DNA from: Phyllobates terribilis
Taxonomy: Eukaryota
DNA: 64,000 nucleotides
Reading direction: 5' to 3'
Assembly (NCBI RefSeq): GCF_046119375.1
Contig: NW_027362761.1
Span: 354,516,001-354,580,000 of the forward strand
In this document: piece by piece, positions 1 through 12,911 of the stretch
How the letters are laid out: each line of letters opens with the position of its first letter
Numbering within the stretch: position 1 is the first letter of the stretch
Notes under the pieces: generated by a model
Database searches by the model: none
Told to the model about the DNA's origin: nothing
Seen by the model: the letters and a program-made list of their open reading frames with translations, nothing else
Position numbers and translations under genes: made by a program

Positions 1-1363
1 CTGTCCGCTGATAATCCATATGTCCCACAAAGAGCCCAACTCAGCTACATCTGGTTGCATTGCTGAGCACTGACATGATGTGACCGCTCAGCCCTGTATC
101 CAGGATACACTGAGCTGAGCGTGAGAACGCAGATTCAGTGACCAGCGGTCACGTCATTGAGGTTACCGCTGGTCACAGGTAGCCGTATTCCCATGATCTG
201 CTCTGGGTGAGCCGGTCTATGAACTGCAGTAATCTTACTGACGTCACTGCTTGCACCGTGAAAAACTGCTGTAACCTTACTGAAGTCACCATTCACACCG
301 TGAAAAATTTCTCATGGTGCGAGCGGTGACGTCAGTAAGGTTACCGCAGGTCATAGACCAGCTCACCCAGAGCGTACCGTGGGAACGTGGCTGCCTGTGA
401 TCAGCGGTAACCTCAATAACGTCACCGCTGGTCACTGAAGCTGCGTTCTCACGCTCAGCTCAGTGTATCCTGGAAGCAGGACTAAACGGTCACATGTCAC
501 CACTCAGCAATGCAATGTAGCTGAGTTGGGCTTTTTTGGGACATATGGATCATCAGCGGACAGGTGAGGATGTCTGTTTTTTTATTTTTATTTGGAAAAT
601 AATAAATAGGTAAAAGAGGGTTGAGGAGTTTTTATTCCAAATAAAGGACTTTACTCTGTGTGTGTGTTTTTTAACTTAAACTGACGGGGATAGCAATGGT
701 GGGGTTTTATAGATGCCTCTCCATTACTAATCCCTGGGCTTGATGTCAGTTGACATCAACCCACAAATATTACCCCACCTGCCACCTCACCAGGGAAAGT
801 GAAGCCGAGAAGAGCCGAGGCTAATCACCACATTTGGCACATCTTATGGATGTGCCATTTCTGGGGCGGCTGAGGGCTGATGTTTTTAGTCTGGGAGGGG
901 GCCAATACCCATGGCCCCTTCCCCGCGGCTATTAATATCAGTCAACAGCTGTCTGTTTAGCCTTTGCTGGTTAGTAATAATAGGGGGACCCTACGTCATT
1001 TTTTTTTGGGGGGGGGGGGGAAGGTTACCCCTTTTACTAACCAGTAAAGGCTAAGCAAACAGTAGTGAGCTGTGATTAATAGCCTGGGAACCATTTTGGC
1101 TATTGGCCCCTTTCCCAGGATATTAAACACCAGCCCCCAGCTGTCTGCTGCTTTCCCTCAGCTGGTTAGGAAAATGAAGGGGGGGGGGATAATGATGACA
1201 GGTGCCTTCAGCACCTGGGAACAGAACTGACTGTACTGCTTTTTCCCAGGCGCCACTACGTGTCCTACTGATGTGGCACACGGATGTCATATATATGGAC
1301 ACGAACAGCACCGGTACTGTTTTTTCTCCTGTACCGGTAATATCAGGACATGTGAAAGAGGCC
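1..1363. mobile_element. Non-autonomous Harbinger-like element, right part; includes an internal palindrome at 1-540
   Basis: Ends ...catgtgaaagaggcc followed by tta (TWA-type target). Bases 1-540 are self-complementary (ctgtccgctgat...atcagcggacag). No ORF. The left end lies outside the window. Confidence 0.55.
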
Positions 1364-1366
1364 TTA

Positions 1367-2157
1367 CTGAGCACTTCTCCTTTGCTGAGATAATCCATCC
1401 ACCTCACAGGTGTGGCATATAAAGAGGCTGATTAGACAGCATGATTATTGCACAGGTGTGTATTAGGCTGGCCACAATAAAAGGCCTTTCTTAAATGTGT
1501 AGTTTTACAATATTAGAGGGTCCAGGGGAGGTCAGAAAACTAGTCAGTATCTGGTGTGACCCCCATTTGCTTCACGCAGTGCAACACATCAATTTCCCAT
1601 AGAGTTGATCAGGTTGTTTATTATGGCTTGTGTAATGTTGGCCCACTCCTCTTCAATGGCTGTGCGAAGTTGCTGGGTATTGGCAGGAACTTGAACATGC
1701 TGTCGTATACGCCGATCCACAGCGTCCCACACATGCTCAATGGGTGACATGGCCGGTGAGTATGCTGGCCATGCAAGCACTTTGCACAGCCATTGAAGAG
1801 TAGACAAACATTACACAATCAACAACCTGACTCTATGCGAAGGAGATGTGATGCAAATAGTGGTCACACCAGATACTGACTGTTTTTTTGACAAATACTG
1901 TAAAACTGCACATTTTAGAGTGGGCTTTTATTGTCACCCTAAAACACACCTGTGGAATAATCATGCTGTCTCATTAGCATCTGGATATGCCACACCTGTG
2001 AGGTGGATGGATTATCTCGACAAAGGTGAAGTGCTCACTGAGTCACTAATACAGATTTAGACAAATTTGTGTACATAGAAAAAGTCTTAGATCTTTGAGT
2101 TCAGCTCATGAAATGGGAGCAAAAACAAAAATGTTGGGTTTATATTTTCATTCAGTG
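1367..2157 (-). mobile_element. Deleted Tc1-like transposon with a C-terminal transposase remnant
   Basis: ORF 1589-1807 encodes WPAYSPAMSPIEHVWD (Tc1 SPDLNPIE-like motif). There are inverted subterminal blocks near 1370-1480 and 1920-2040, and a terminus ttttcattcagtg. Confidence 0.75.
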
Positions 2158-2854
2158 AAGTTAATAGGAGCAATCAAATAATACACCAGACACAAAGTAC
2201 ATTCATGAGAGACGAGCGCCCCCAGCTAACTGCTGTGTTAGCAGACACCCCACAGCCAGCTGTCAATCATCACTGAGAGGGGCAGAGAAGCAGCCAAACA
2301 GTATCCTGTTTTTGAGCTTTTTTTTGTGAGCGGTTCGGTTCCCCAGATGACTGATCAAGTTGGATAAAAACAAACAAATACATTTAAAAAAAAAAAAAAA
2401 AAAATTGAAAAATAAAATTATCATTAGGGGATCAGACTATACACTAGCCTTGTTTTCTGCCTGTGGCCATGGAGACACATTGAGCTGTGTACAGAGGACG
2501 GTAGCCTATTTAAATTTAAAACAATCTGCAAAGTTAATTCATATTCATTTGTTTTAGATGCACTGAGTTTATAGATGGAAAGCAGCAGGGCTACAAGATA
2601 GTATATTAGCACAGGCAGCAGTGGTAGATGTGCTTGGAAATCAGTACAGATCTTATGGAAAGTGAAAAGTCACCGCCTATATGTGAGTGACCCACATTCC
2701 AGAACATGGAAATCATAGAACGTAAAGCGATCCCACTCTTTGCTGCACCGCCTCAGCCGGTATCAGGAGGGGGCTGTCATGTGGCAGCTGAGTGGGTCAC
2801 TGCAGTCACCATGGCGCCTCCGGGCATTCATGTCATATCCCTGCATCCACTCAC

Positions 2855-2864
2855 CTGAAGCCAT
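2855..2864 (-). CDS. GTF2H3: Probable GTF2H3 (TFIIH p34) first coding exon: ATG GCT TCA G then a gtgagt donor
   Basis: The minus strand reads ATGGCTTCAG|GTGAGT, a consensus donor, 193 nt from the EIF2B1 ATG. Human GTF2H3 begins MVSD and lies head-to-head with EIF2B1. Exon 2 is not in the window, so the call rests on synteny plus 10 nt. Confidence 0.6.
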
Positions 2865-3057
2865 AATAAACTTCCACCGCCGCACACTGGAAATAGAGCA
2901 CTTCCGTCCCACTCTGATGACGTAGAATGTCGGAGGCGGGGCCTGCAGGACGCCATGCGGCTGCTGTTAACCCCCTCACTGCCGCGTGACGTAGAGTCTA
3001 CTACAGCCCGAGCTCTGCAGCTTTCCGCTGTTCTGCGGGGACTATAGAATAACGGCC
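2865..3057. promoter_or_regulatory. CpG-rich bidirectional promoter between GTF2H3 and EIF2B1
   Basis: Contains two TGACGTA CRE-like sites (2918-2924, 2987-2993), an ETS-like CTTCCG (2901-2906), a GC box GAGGCGGGGC (2933-2942) and a YY1-like CGCCAT (2951-2956). CpG density is high compared with the AT-rich flanks. Confidence 0.75.
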
Positions 3058-3070
3058 ATGAACGAGAACG
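3058..3070 (+). CDS. EIF2B1: EIF2B1 exon 1 (MNEN+G)
   Basis: gccATG AAC GAG AAC G|gtaact; 13 coding nt, as in human exon 1. Joins in phase to exon 2. Confidence 0.9.
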
Positions 3071-3874
3071 GTAACTACATAGGTGACAGCTCCTCTCTGT
3101 ATAGTGCACACAGGGAGTGCATGGTGGCAGGCAATGCATATGGCACAGCTCTGGCGACCAGGACGATGTGGGCATCCTGCTGGCACCGCCTCACATGACC
3201 AATCTCCTCCACAGCACTGACACTATATACATGTATGTGCCATGTATGTGTTCTCCCCCCAGGCGGGGATCCCTGACCTCAAGGGCACACTTGTGGATGG
3301 AAGAGAAGCTGTTCTCCACTTCTACCTGTTCACACTGTGGGGTTTTGGAGCAGGTGTGATCATAAAAGCGCTAGCGGGAAATGTTCCTATTGATTTATGG
3401 GAAACCCCTTTCTGCTCCAATGTTCAGGCTTACACCAAGCAGTCACCATAAGCGACATGTATGGAACTGGAGCTTTCCTACAGGAAGGCACGCCATGCCT
3501 TACAAGTCTATGATGAGGCTAAAAGATAGATGCCGGGCTTTTTTTTTTTTTTTTTTTTTAGCGTTTTCCAAACAAAAAAAATGCAACTATTTGATCCATT
3601 GCTAAATTAATTTAATAAGACATTGGGTAAACACCAATAAAGACACACAGAAAATAACAGAAAGCTTTAGGGAATGACAATAAAACACTAAGGATTCCAA
3701 AACGCAGAGCAAATCCAGAAAAAGAACATCTGCTTGTAAAACCCCCGTTTGTAACCATCATAAAAAAATGCAGTGTGAACATACCCTAAACGCTATCCCT
3801 CACTGTGTGTACAATTCATAGCGCTGATCAGTATTTTTATTGTTAATATGTCGCTATTGTTATTCTCTTTGCAG

Positions 3875-3976
3875 ATGTGATTGAATGTTTTAAGCGTCAG
3901 CTGAAAGAGGATCCAAATGTGGCCACCGCTGTTGCGGCCATTAAAACTTTACTGGAGTTTCTGAAGAAGGACAAAG
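3875..3976 (+). CDS. EIF2B1: EIF2B1 exon 2 (DVIECFKRQLKEDPNVATAVAAIKTLLEFLKKDK)
   Basis: ttgcag|...|gtaggt, 102 nt; matches human [33 protein letters not shown]. Confidence 0.97.
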
Positions 3977-4728
3977 GTAGGTCCAGCTGTTACTCAAACC
4001 TCTTCACAGCTGTAATAAATATGGTGGTAATACGGCTGCAATACCTTGAGCCCCGCAGTGTCGTGGAACAAGTAACAGATCACTGTAGATCCCGAGGGTG
4101 ATCCATGTTCAGGTCAGGGTAAGTGTGCCGGAACCAGGTGATAACGACTACATCATAGGAAAGAGATTCTAGACCTAAGCAATTATCCTACGTATCTATT
4201 GGATAGGTGATGACGTGCTGGATCGATAAGGGTCCGACTGCTAGGACCAATCGCCAGACATCAGTGTCATACATTTTGAATGGAGTGATAGAGTGCATGT
4301 TTGACTGATGTGATCTTATGTGATCATTTAACTCCTAGATGTGATCTATTAAGGCTTCTGACCCAGGATCCCCCTTTGAGGTGTTTGTCAACTATTCAGA
4401 CAACCCCTTCTTAAGTACTACATTCCCCAGTGTAAAATAAAAATAGCATACACTCGCTCGCACCTCCCGCACCGACGCTGTTCCAATGATGTTGGCACTG
4501 GGTATTCCAGATCTTGCATGACATTATTAAACCACATGAAGACAATCAGTAGCCGTTAATGGGCTGCAGTTCTGACATGGCATTACAATGTCACGTGAGC
4601 CCTGGGAGACCCAAAGTCCACATTGCTGGAATAGTGCCGGAGTGGGAGGCGTGTATGTGCTATCTCTATTTTACTGAGAAATATTATATTTAAGAAGGGG
4701 TTGTCTGAGTAGTGAACCACCCCTTTAA

Positions 4729-7700
4729 CCCTTTCGCGCCAGAGCCCGTTTTCGCCTTCGTGACCAGGCCAATTTTTTTCAATTCTGACCACTGTCACTT
4801 TGAAGTAATAGCTCTGGAACGCTTCAATGGATCCCACTGATTCTGAGATTTTTTTTTTTGACCTCTTGTACTTCATGATAGGGGTAAAATTTCTTCAATA
4901 TGACTAGCGGTTATTTGTGAAAAAATCAGAAATTTGGTGAAAATTTCACAATTTTCAAACTTAGAATTTTCATGCCCTTAAATCAGAGAGATATGTCACA
5001 CAAAATAGTTTTAAAATAACATTTCCCACATGTCTACTTTACATCAGCACAATTTTGGAACCAAAATTTTTTTTTTCTTAGGAAGTTAGAGGGGTTAAAA
5101 GTTAACCAGCGATTTCTCATTTTTCCAACAAAATTTACAAAAACATTTTTTTAGGGACCACATCTTATTTGAAGTGACTTTGAGGGGCCTTTATGACAAA
5201 AAATACCCAAAAGTGACACCATTCTAAAAACTTCACCCCTCAAGGTGCTCAAAACCACATTCAAGAAGTTTATTAACCCTTTAGGTGCTTCACGGGAATT
5301 TTTGGAATGTGGAAGAAAACAATGAACATTTAACTTTTTTCACAAAAATGTTACTTCAGACCCAATTTTTTTATTTTCACAAGGGTAACAGGAAAAAATG
5401 GACAACACAACTTGTAGTGCAATTTCTCCTGAGTACGCTCATACCCCCATATGTGAGGGAAAACCACTGTTTGGGCACATGGCAGGGTTCGGAAGGGAAG
5501 GAGCGCCATTTGACTTTTTGAATAATTAGCAGACACCATGTTGCATTTGGGGAGCCCCTGATGTGCCTAAACAGTGGGAACACCCCACAAATGACACCAT
5601 TTTGAAAACTAGACCCCTCAGGGAACTTATCTAGATGGGTGGTGAGCACCTTGAACCCCCCCGGGTGGTGAGCACCTTGAACCCCCAGGTGCTTCACAGA
5701 AGTTTATAATTTTTAGCCGTAAGAATAACATTTTCACATTTTTCCCACAAAAATGTTTTTCATCCCCTAATTTTGCATTATCTTAAGGGTAACAGGAGAA
5801 ATTGCACTATGAAATTTGTTGTGCAATTTCTCCTGAGTGCGCCGATACCCCATATGTGGGGGAAAACCACTGCTTTGGTGTACGGCAGGGCTTGGAAGAG
5901 AAAGGAGCGCTATGTTGGCTGGGATAGGTTGCAGACACCATGTCACATTTGAAGAGTCGCTGAAATGCCGAAACAGTAGAGACCCCCACAAGTGACCCCA
6001 TTTTGTAAACTACACCTGTCAAGGAATTCATCTAGGGAAGTAGTGAGTATTTTTAATTTATACCATTGGGCAGTGAAGAAAACATAATTATATTTTTCGC
6101 ACAAAAAAAATGTTTTAGCCTCAGATTTTACATTTTCACCCAGGGCAATGGGTAAAAATGGTGCCGAAATGTGTCACACAATTTGTTCTAAACGTGGCAA
6201 TATCCCGTATGTAGCTGTACAGTACCGCTTAGCCATACGGTGAGACCCGAGAGGGACGGAGCGCTATTTGACTCTTGGAGAACAAATTATTGTAGAATAG
6301 TTTGCGGACTCCATATACACAGCCCGTAAGTGCTAGAACAGGAGAATCCCCCCTCAAGTGACCCCATTTTGGAAATTATACCCCTTTGGGAATTTACCTA
6401 CAGGTGTAGTGACGATTTTGACTCCATGGGTCTTTTCCAGAAACAAGCAGCAGTGGATGTTGCGGAGTGAAAATTTCAAACTGCCGTTGAAGTGACCAGT
6501 ACGTTATAGTGACCAGTACGTTGTGCCCAGCTCGTGCTTCTGGAGACATGCACCTGTAAATTAGGCAAGCTCTCATCGCTACAGGAATGCCAAACATGTG
6601 GACCCTAAATGTAGTTTAGACACATTGTGGGGCTCCGAAGGGAGGGAGGCATTTGGATTTGGGAGCACAAAATTTTCTGAATTTCTTTTGGGGGGCGAGA
6701 AGCCATTTCGCTTTTCCAGAGCCTTTGTGCTACCAGTAACTTGGAAGTCCCTTATATTTTTACAGATAAAGGACCTGAGTGGGGACTAGCTTTTTTGAAG
6801 ACTGAGTTGAAGCTTTTATTGGGAACATTTTACATAACATTTATCCGGCTTTCTAGGCTGAGCACTTACATCGGGGTTTCCATCTAAATCTCCAAGTGAT
6901 GTAATTCAGATGAAACCCCGAGGGAGCCATTCACTATAATGAAGCAGCAGAGTTACTCTGGACTCCGTCTGGCCTCTGTTTAGCGGTGTCCTTTTTTTCA
7001 GAAGTGCACAAAACTGGCCAACCGCACTTTTATGCACGCCTAAAAAAACTGACACCGTGGGATCACAGGCCAGACGGCATCCACAGTGGCCTATATCTGC
7101 CTCATTACAGGGAATCTTCTCCCGGGGGTTCTGTCTGAATCACGTATTTCAGAGATTTACACGGAAACCCCGGTGTAATCGCTCAGCGCAGAACGCAGGA
7201 TAAATGTGAGCTGAGCCTTACTGTGATCTTTGGGAGACATAATAAACAAATCAGTAGCAGGTGAAGAATTGGTTTCATTTATTTTTTACGCCATTCCTCA
7301 TGCGGTATAAGTGATTAGACCACTTTATTCTTCGGGTTGGTGCGATTACAGCAATACCAGATTTATATCTGGTTTTTATGATTGACAGCTGTCACACACT
7401 AAAAGATGCTTTTTTTTTTTTTTTTGCATCGCCATATTTTGAGAGCTATAATTTTTCCAGATTTCGGCCGACAGAGTGATGTGAGGGCTTGTTTTTTGTG
7501 GGACGAGTTGACGTTTTTAATGGTACGTGACATTTTTTGATCGCTTTCTATTCCATTTTTTAGGAGGTAAAATGAACAAAAAACAGCAATTCAGGATTTG
7601 TTTTTTGAGGTTTTTTTTATGCCGTTCTGCGTGTGGTAAAAGTGATAAGGCAGCTTTATTTTTCGGGTCAGTATGTTTACAGCGATACCACACTTATATA

Positions 7701-8693
7701 GTTTTTTTTTATGTTTTGGCGCTTTTACACAAAACTATTTTATTGAAAAAATAATTTTTTTTTGCATCGCTTTATTCTGAGAGCTATAACTTTTTTATCT
7801 TTTGGCTGATGGAGCTGTATGGCGGCTTTTTTTTTTTTGCGGGACAAGATGACGTTTTCAGCGGTACCATTTTTATTTCCATTTGGCTTTTTGATCGCAT
7901 TTTATTCCACTTTTTGTTTGGCGGTATGATGAAAAAGCAGTTTTTTGCTCATTTTTTTTTTTTTTTTTACGCTATGCACAGAAGGGGTTAATTAGTGTGA
8001 CAGTTTTATAGATCGGGTTGTCCCAGATGCGGCGATACCAAATATGTGTACTTTTTTTGTTTTTGCATAAACATATGGATTTATTGGTTTAATAATTTTT
8101 TTTTATTATTATTATTTTGTGATTTTTTTTTTTTTATTATTTTATTTTTTTTTAAACATTTTTTTTAACATTTTTACTTAGTCCCTGTATAGGACATCAA
8201 ATTTTATTTTTCTAATCACTGTTCTCATGCAGTGCAATAGACATGTATTGCATTGCATGAGAGCTGACAGTTTTAGTGTGTCAGTATCTCCTGCTAGACT
8301 TCAGCTGCTGGCTGAGCCTAGCAGGACACTGTGCATGGCAGACCCGGAGGTGGTCATGTGACCTCTGGCTGCCATGACAACGCCAGGTCCTGTAAGCTAT
8401 CACAGGGGCCGTCGGAAAGGTGAGTGAACGACCCCCTCTCCTCTCACTATCTCCTAAATGCCGCGATTGATATAGATCGCGGCATCTAGAAGATAGCAAA
8501 AGGTTAACATCATTGAGGCCTGATCTAATCAGGTCCTAATGATGTCCCCTGTCAGAGCTACTGCTCTGCACCGCACCCGTAGCGCTTGCAGGACCCCTGA
8601 GCACTGCGGGACCACCGACTGTTTATAAACGTCGGCGCTGCACAGAGCCCAGGCAGTGCCGACGTTTATATACAGTGGGCTGTCGGGAAGCGG
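4729..8693. mobile_element. Non-autonomous piggyBac-like element (about 4 kb) in EIF2B1 intron 2
   Basis: TTAA at 4725-4728 and 8694-8697; termini CCCTTT.../...AAGCGG. Contains internal repeats (gtgaccccattttggaaacta) and extensive similarity to 49091-52303. No transposase ORF. A MITE is nested at about 6855-7218. Confidence 0.75.
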
Positions 8694-8697
8694 TTAA

Positions 8698-9080
8698 AGG
8701 GAACCTTTCACCAGATTTTTCAACTTGAACTGGACACAGAATTGTATCACATTACAAACTTTTTATGTTTAACTGGATACATTAGCTGTGCCACATTACA
8801 AACCCTTCTATCAGTTCTCCTCCTCATAGCAATGTCCGCTCTTCTGTGCTGCCCTTCCTCCCACACTGCTTGTTCAGAGATGAGCAAAACCAACATAAGT
8901 GTAACTCAACAGATGTAAGTGTGATTACAGACACCGCTTCGGACAGGCAGTGTGGGAGAAGTGGCAGTATAGCAGAGCTGAGAGTGCTGTAAGAAGAAGA
9001 GAGCTGATAGAAGAAGGGATTGTAATGTGTCCAGTTCAACATGAAAATTTTGGTAAAACGGTGGTCCACTACTCTGACTA
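8698..9080. mobile_element. T2/Kolobok-type MITE
   Basis: Starts TTAA|AGGGAACCTTTCACC; contains internal inverted repeats (ttgaactggacac / gtgtccagttcaa). Confidence 0.6.
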
Positions 9081-9642
9081 ACCCTTCTATATGCAGCTGT
9101 GCTGCACCTTCCCCCACATTGGCCTCATCAGAAAAGTGAGTTATCTGTGCTCTAATCTCCCAGCATTTTCTAATTATTAGACCAGGAGATCAAAGCTGTA
9201 TCATTGCATCTCATACACTAAGAAGCCTGCTCTAAGTTATGGTGGGGGCGTGTTCTTTTTCTGCTGTGTTGATGCCTGCTTATGATTGGTCAGTATCATA
9301 CAGGGAGAAGTACACACCCAAATTTGTAAGGTGTTTTCACATGACTCTCAGAAAGGTGATAGAATTTGGAAGGAAAGAAGTATCGGGCATGTTGAATTTC
9401 GGCATGCCCTATCCATTGTTAGAGCTGAAGATAAGAAACCTGCCAGAGGAAATTGACAGTAGTTTATACTTTTTTTTTTCCCATCTAAAACACTTGCCAA
9501 GCATCTACATATTTAATTTCGGAGAGTTGGGAGGAATAGCTTTTGTACAAATGAGCACAAGGTTTGAATGTTTTCTGTTGACTGATGGTTGCAAAAAGTC
9601 TTTTACATGGATTGTACAGCATAGCGTACAGTCAGAACTATA

Positions 9643-10126
9643 CAGGACAATGACCCCAAACACACCTCCAGGCTGTGTAAGGGCTATTTGACCAAGAAGG
9701 AGAGTGATGGGGTGCTACGCCAGATGACCTGGCCTCCACGGTCACCAGACCTGAACCCAATCGAGATGGTTTGGGGTGAGCTGGACCGCAGAGTGAAGGC
9801 AAAAGGGCCAACAAGTGCTAAGCATCTCTGGGAACTCCTTCAAGATTGTTGGAAGACCATTTCCGGTGACTACCTCTTCAAGCTCATCAAGAGAATACCA
9901 AGAGTGTGCAAAGCAGTCATCAAAGCAAAAGGTGGCTACTTTGAAGAACCTAGAAAATAAGACATGTTTTCAGTAGTTTCACACTTTTTTGTTAAGTATA
10001 TAATTCCACATGTGTTAATTCATAGTTTTGATTCATTCAGTGTGAATATACAATTTTCATAGTCATGAAAATACAGAAAAAAAATCTTTAAATGAGAAGG
10101 TGTGTCCAAACTTTTGGTCTGTACTG
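9643..10126 (+). mobile_element. 3' fragment of the DD38E Tc1-like family (end of transposase plus right TIR)
   Basis: Near-identical to 39002-39482. Encodes QDNDPKHT...[15 protein letters not shown] and ends ggtctgtactg|TA. Confidence 0.9.
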
Positions 10127-10408
10127 TAGTTCTGAAATACTAATATTACGCTTGTAAATTGGGATTCATAAGCCCACAGAATGTTCCATTGCAATCACTA
10201 TGGTCGTCAAGTTACTTTATGGGTCAAGATTGAAAAGGCTTTTTTTTGTGACAGGGCGCCATTTTTGCATATGAGAAATCTTTGGTATTGCAGCTCAACC
10301 TCATTCATTTGAAACAATAAAGTATTATTTGCTATTTTTTCTGAGCCTAAATATCTCCACTTTGTTGATATCAGTCAGCAGTTTCTAACTGTGAGATTTG
10401 TGTTCTAG

Positions 10409-10548
10409 GTGAAACTATACAAGGTCTGATTGGAAGTCTAAAAGATGCAATCGAAACCATGTCAAGAGTGGATTCCTCTGTTGCTGTCTCCTCTGGAGGG
10501 GAGCTCTTCCTCAGGTTCATTACACTCACCTCTGAGCTGGAGCATTCT
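10409..10548 (+). CDS. EIF2B1: EIF2B1 exon 3 (GETIQGL...[25 protein letters not shown])
   Basis: ctag|...|gtaagt, 140 nt; conserved [18 protein letters not shown]. Confidence 0.97.
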
Positions 10549-11399
10549 GTAAGTGTTCTCCAAGTGTAGGCTTGTGCTCAGCTACATTTCTTCAACCCAG
10601 CCATTAATTGCCTAAAACTTGTTGGATAACTAGATTAAAAAATATATACATACCTTTTTAAAAAAATAAAAATTATAAATGTTAAATAATTTTGTACCAA
10701 ATGTCAGGTAACCGAATTAGTCTCTTAAAGAGGAGGAAAACAGTAAAAGTGACAGTAGATAAAATTATAATTTTCTCAAGTACATGTCATTCATGAATCT
10801 GATGATTTTCCTCGGTATTAAAGGGACACCAATTTTACTCTCACTTTACTGGAGTGAGCCCAGAATCTGGTGACGTTCTCTTCTCTGGGACATAGATTAT
10901 ATAAAGCGTATGACGGGTGATAGAGCCTTGTGATCATATCTGGATAGGATTCAGGGTGAAGACATTATTTATCCTATAAAGAAACACACATGAAACAATC
11001 CAGAATATGTTAAACCTTAGATTCCTTAAACTACTTCCCTTCTTTCCTTTTACTCTGACAGCTTTACACACCCTTGACATTCTCTCAAGCAGCTTCATCA
11101 AGTTTTGTTGTTTTTTTTTTTCATCATTTTGTCCCACTTGGAATTTTTTTTCCCATTTTTCCAATAAATTCATGGTAGAATGAATCTTGTCATTTAAAAC
11201 TACACTTTGTCTTGCATAAAAAAGGCCTCATACAGCTATGTTAACGGAAAAAAGGTATGCCTCTGGAAAGAAGTAAAGGAAAAACCAAAAGGGCAAAATA
11301 AAAAAATCGCCAGGTCATAAAAGGGTTGATTAATAATAATAGTCTAATATTGACAACATTTCCGCAAACACCATTTCTGAATTACAGGTGCCTTGTATT

Positions 11400-12330
11400 A
11401 TTATTATTATTATTATTATTATTTTTATTTATGTTAAGATGCCATTAATTCCAGCATACTGTACATGTGACTGTTTATAGACAAGGAAGAAGAACAAACA
11501 TAAACTAAGTGTCAGAAGGGGAGAGGACCCTGCCTTCACGGTAATCTATTGAGGAAGGAGACCATAGGTAAAAGGGGTTTTCCCATGAACAAAGTACATT
11601 TTAATGAATAGATATTGGAATAATAATAAGTTCCACCATTGGATGATTTAAATAAATGTTCCTGTGCTGAGATAATCTTATAAATGTGCCCCTGCTGTGT
11701 ACTGTGTAATGACTGTGTCTGACCGTGCAGGAACATGGTCTGATCATATCACAGCTCCTGGGCAGGGGAGGAAGAAAAAGAGGATACTTCTTTACTCCCT
11801 CCCCCTTCCCTGCCCAGGAGCTGTGATATGATCAGACCATGTCCCTGTACGGTCAGACACAGCCATTACACAGTACACTGCAGGGGCACATTTATAAGAT
11901 TATCTCAGCACAGGAACATTTCTTTAAATCATCTAATGGTGGAACTTATTATTATTCCAATATCTATTCATTAAAATGTACTTTGTTAGTGGGAAAGGCC
12001 CTGTAAGGGGTAGGAACAGCTCCGATGGTAGTAGTGTAGCAGCGGGGTTATTGTAGCCTTTTCTGAAGACCTGGGATTTCAGGTTGCATCTGAAAGTTTC
12101 AGTTGAGGGAGACAATCTGCTCTCCTGAGGTAGTGAGTTCCAGAGGATGGGGAACGCTTCGGAGAAATCTGGGAGACTGTTATATGTTCCTCACACAAGG
12201 ACAGAGGGAAGAAGGAGATCGTGTGATGAGGTATTTTTAGATTAATTCAGAGATGTATGGGGGACACAGATTACAGACAGCCTTGTAGGTCATGTTGGTA
12301 TTTTAAACAGAATTTTTCGGGTACTATAAA
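11400..12330 (-). mobile_element. Degraded L2-like LINE 3' end, interrupted by a MITE
   Basis: (tta)n tail at 11390-11430, then agaggaccctgcc and gagttccagagg-type 3' motifs. Boundaries are approximate. Confidence 0.45.
11572..11999. mobile_element. Palindromic T2/Kolobok-type MITE
   Basis: AGGGGTTTTTCCCA terminus and arms of about 200 bp that are near-perfect inverted copies. Same family as 14931-15270. Confidence 0.8.
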
Positions 12331-12911
12331 ATGTGCTTATATTTCCCTTAACATATACAGATACATTGATTAATCCCTTTAAGGAATAATGTAACCTTTA
12401 TCATCAAAGGGGTTTTTCGGGATGGAAAGTCTGCAGACTGTCAAATCGTGACAGCGTGCAATGTACACACTGTCATCAGGCTCCTGTTTTCGCAGCGAGT
12501 GTTGGTAGTTACATGACCAAATGTATGCGATTTTCAATCTTGTAGTCTTATGCCAGCTAGTCTCATTCGCTTCTATCAAGCTATTTGGCAAGTAACCACA
12601 AGATTGCAAATCGCATAAATGTGATCAGGTGACCATTAGCACAAGGAATACAAGGGGAATCATAACAGCGTACCTGTTTATTGTCACGCTTCAGCAGTCA
12701 TAGTGTGACTGCAGACTTTTCTTTTGCGTCCAGAATACCCCTTTAAACATCTGATCATTTTTATTAATAAATTAAATTTAAGAAGACTGATAATACACTG
12801 CAACAAAAGCCAACTATTATGCCTATTACAAAGTACGTAGTCAAATCAGTAATTCAAGGATGGAGATGTTTAGTTTAAATGTACTAATGAGACAGAACAG
12901 CAGTATATTAT

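Noticed and set aside
5637-5690. Short tandem duplication ggtggtgagcaccttgaacccc
   Set aside because: Ordinary slippage inside a non-coding transposon.
9239-9691. 150-aa ORF and similar ORFs (24590-25018, 26715-27224, 53868-54290, 62234-62719)
   Set aside because: No recognisable domains. They run across repeat boundaries or low-complexity DNA and lack splice support.
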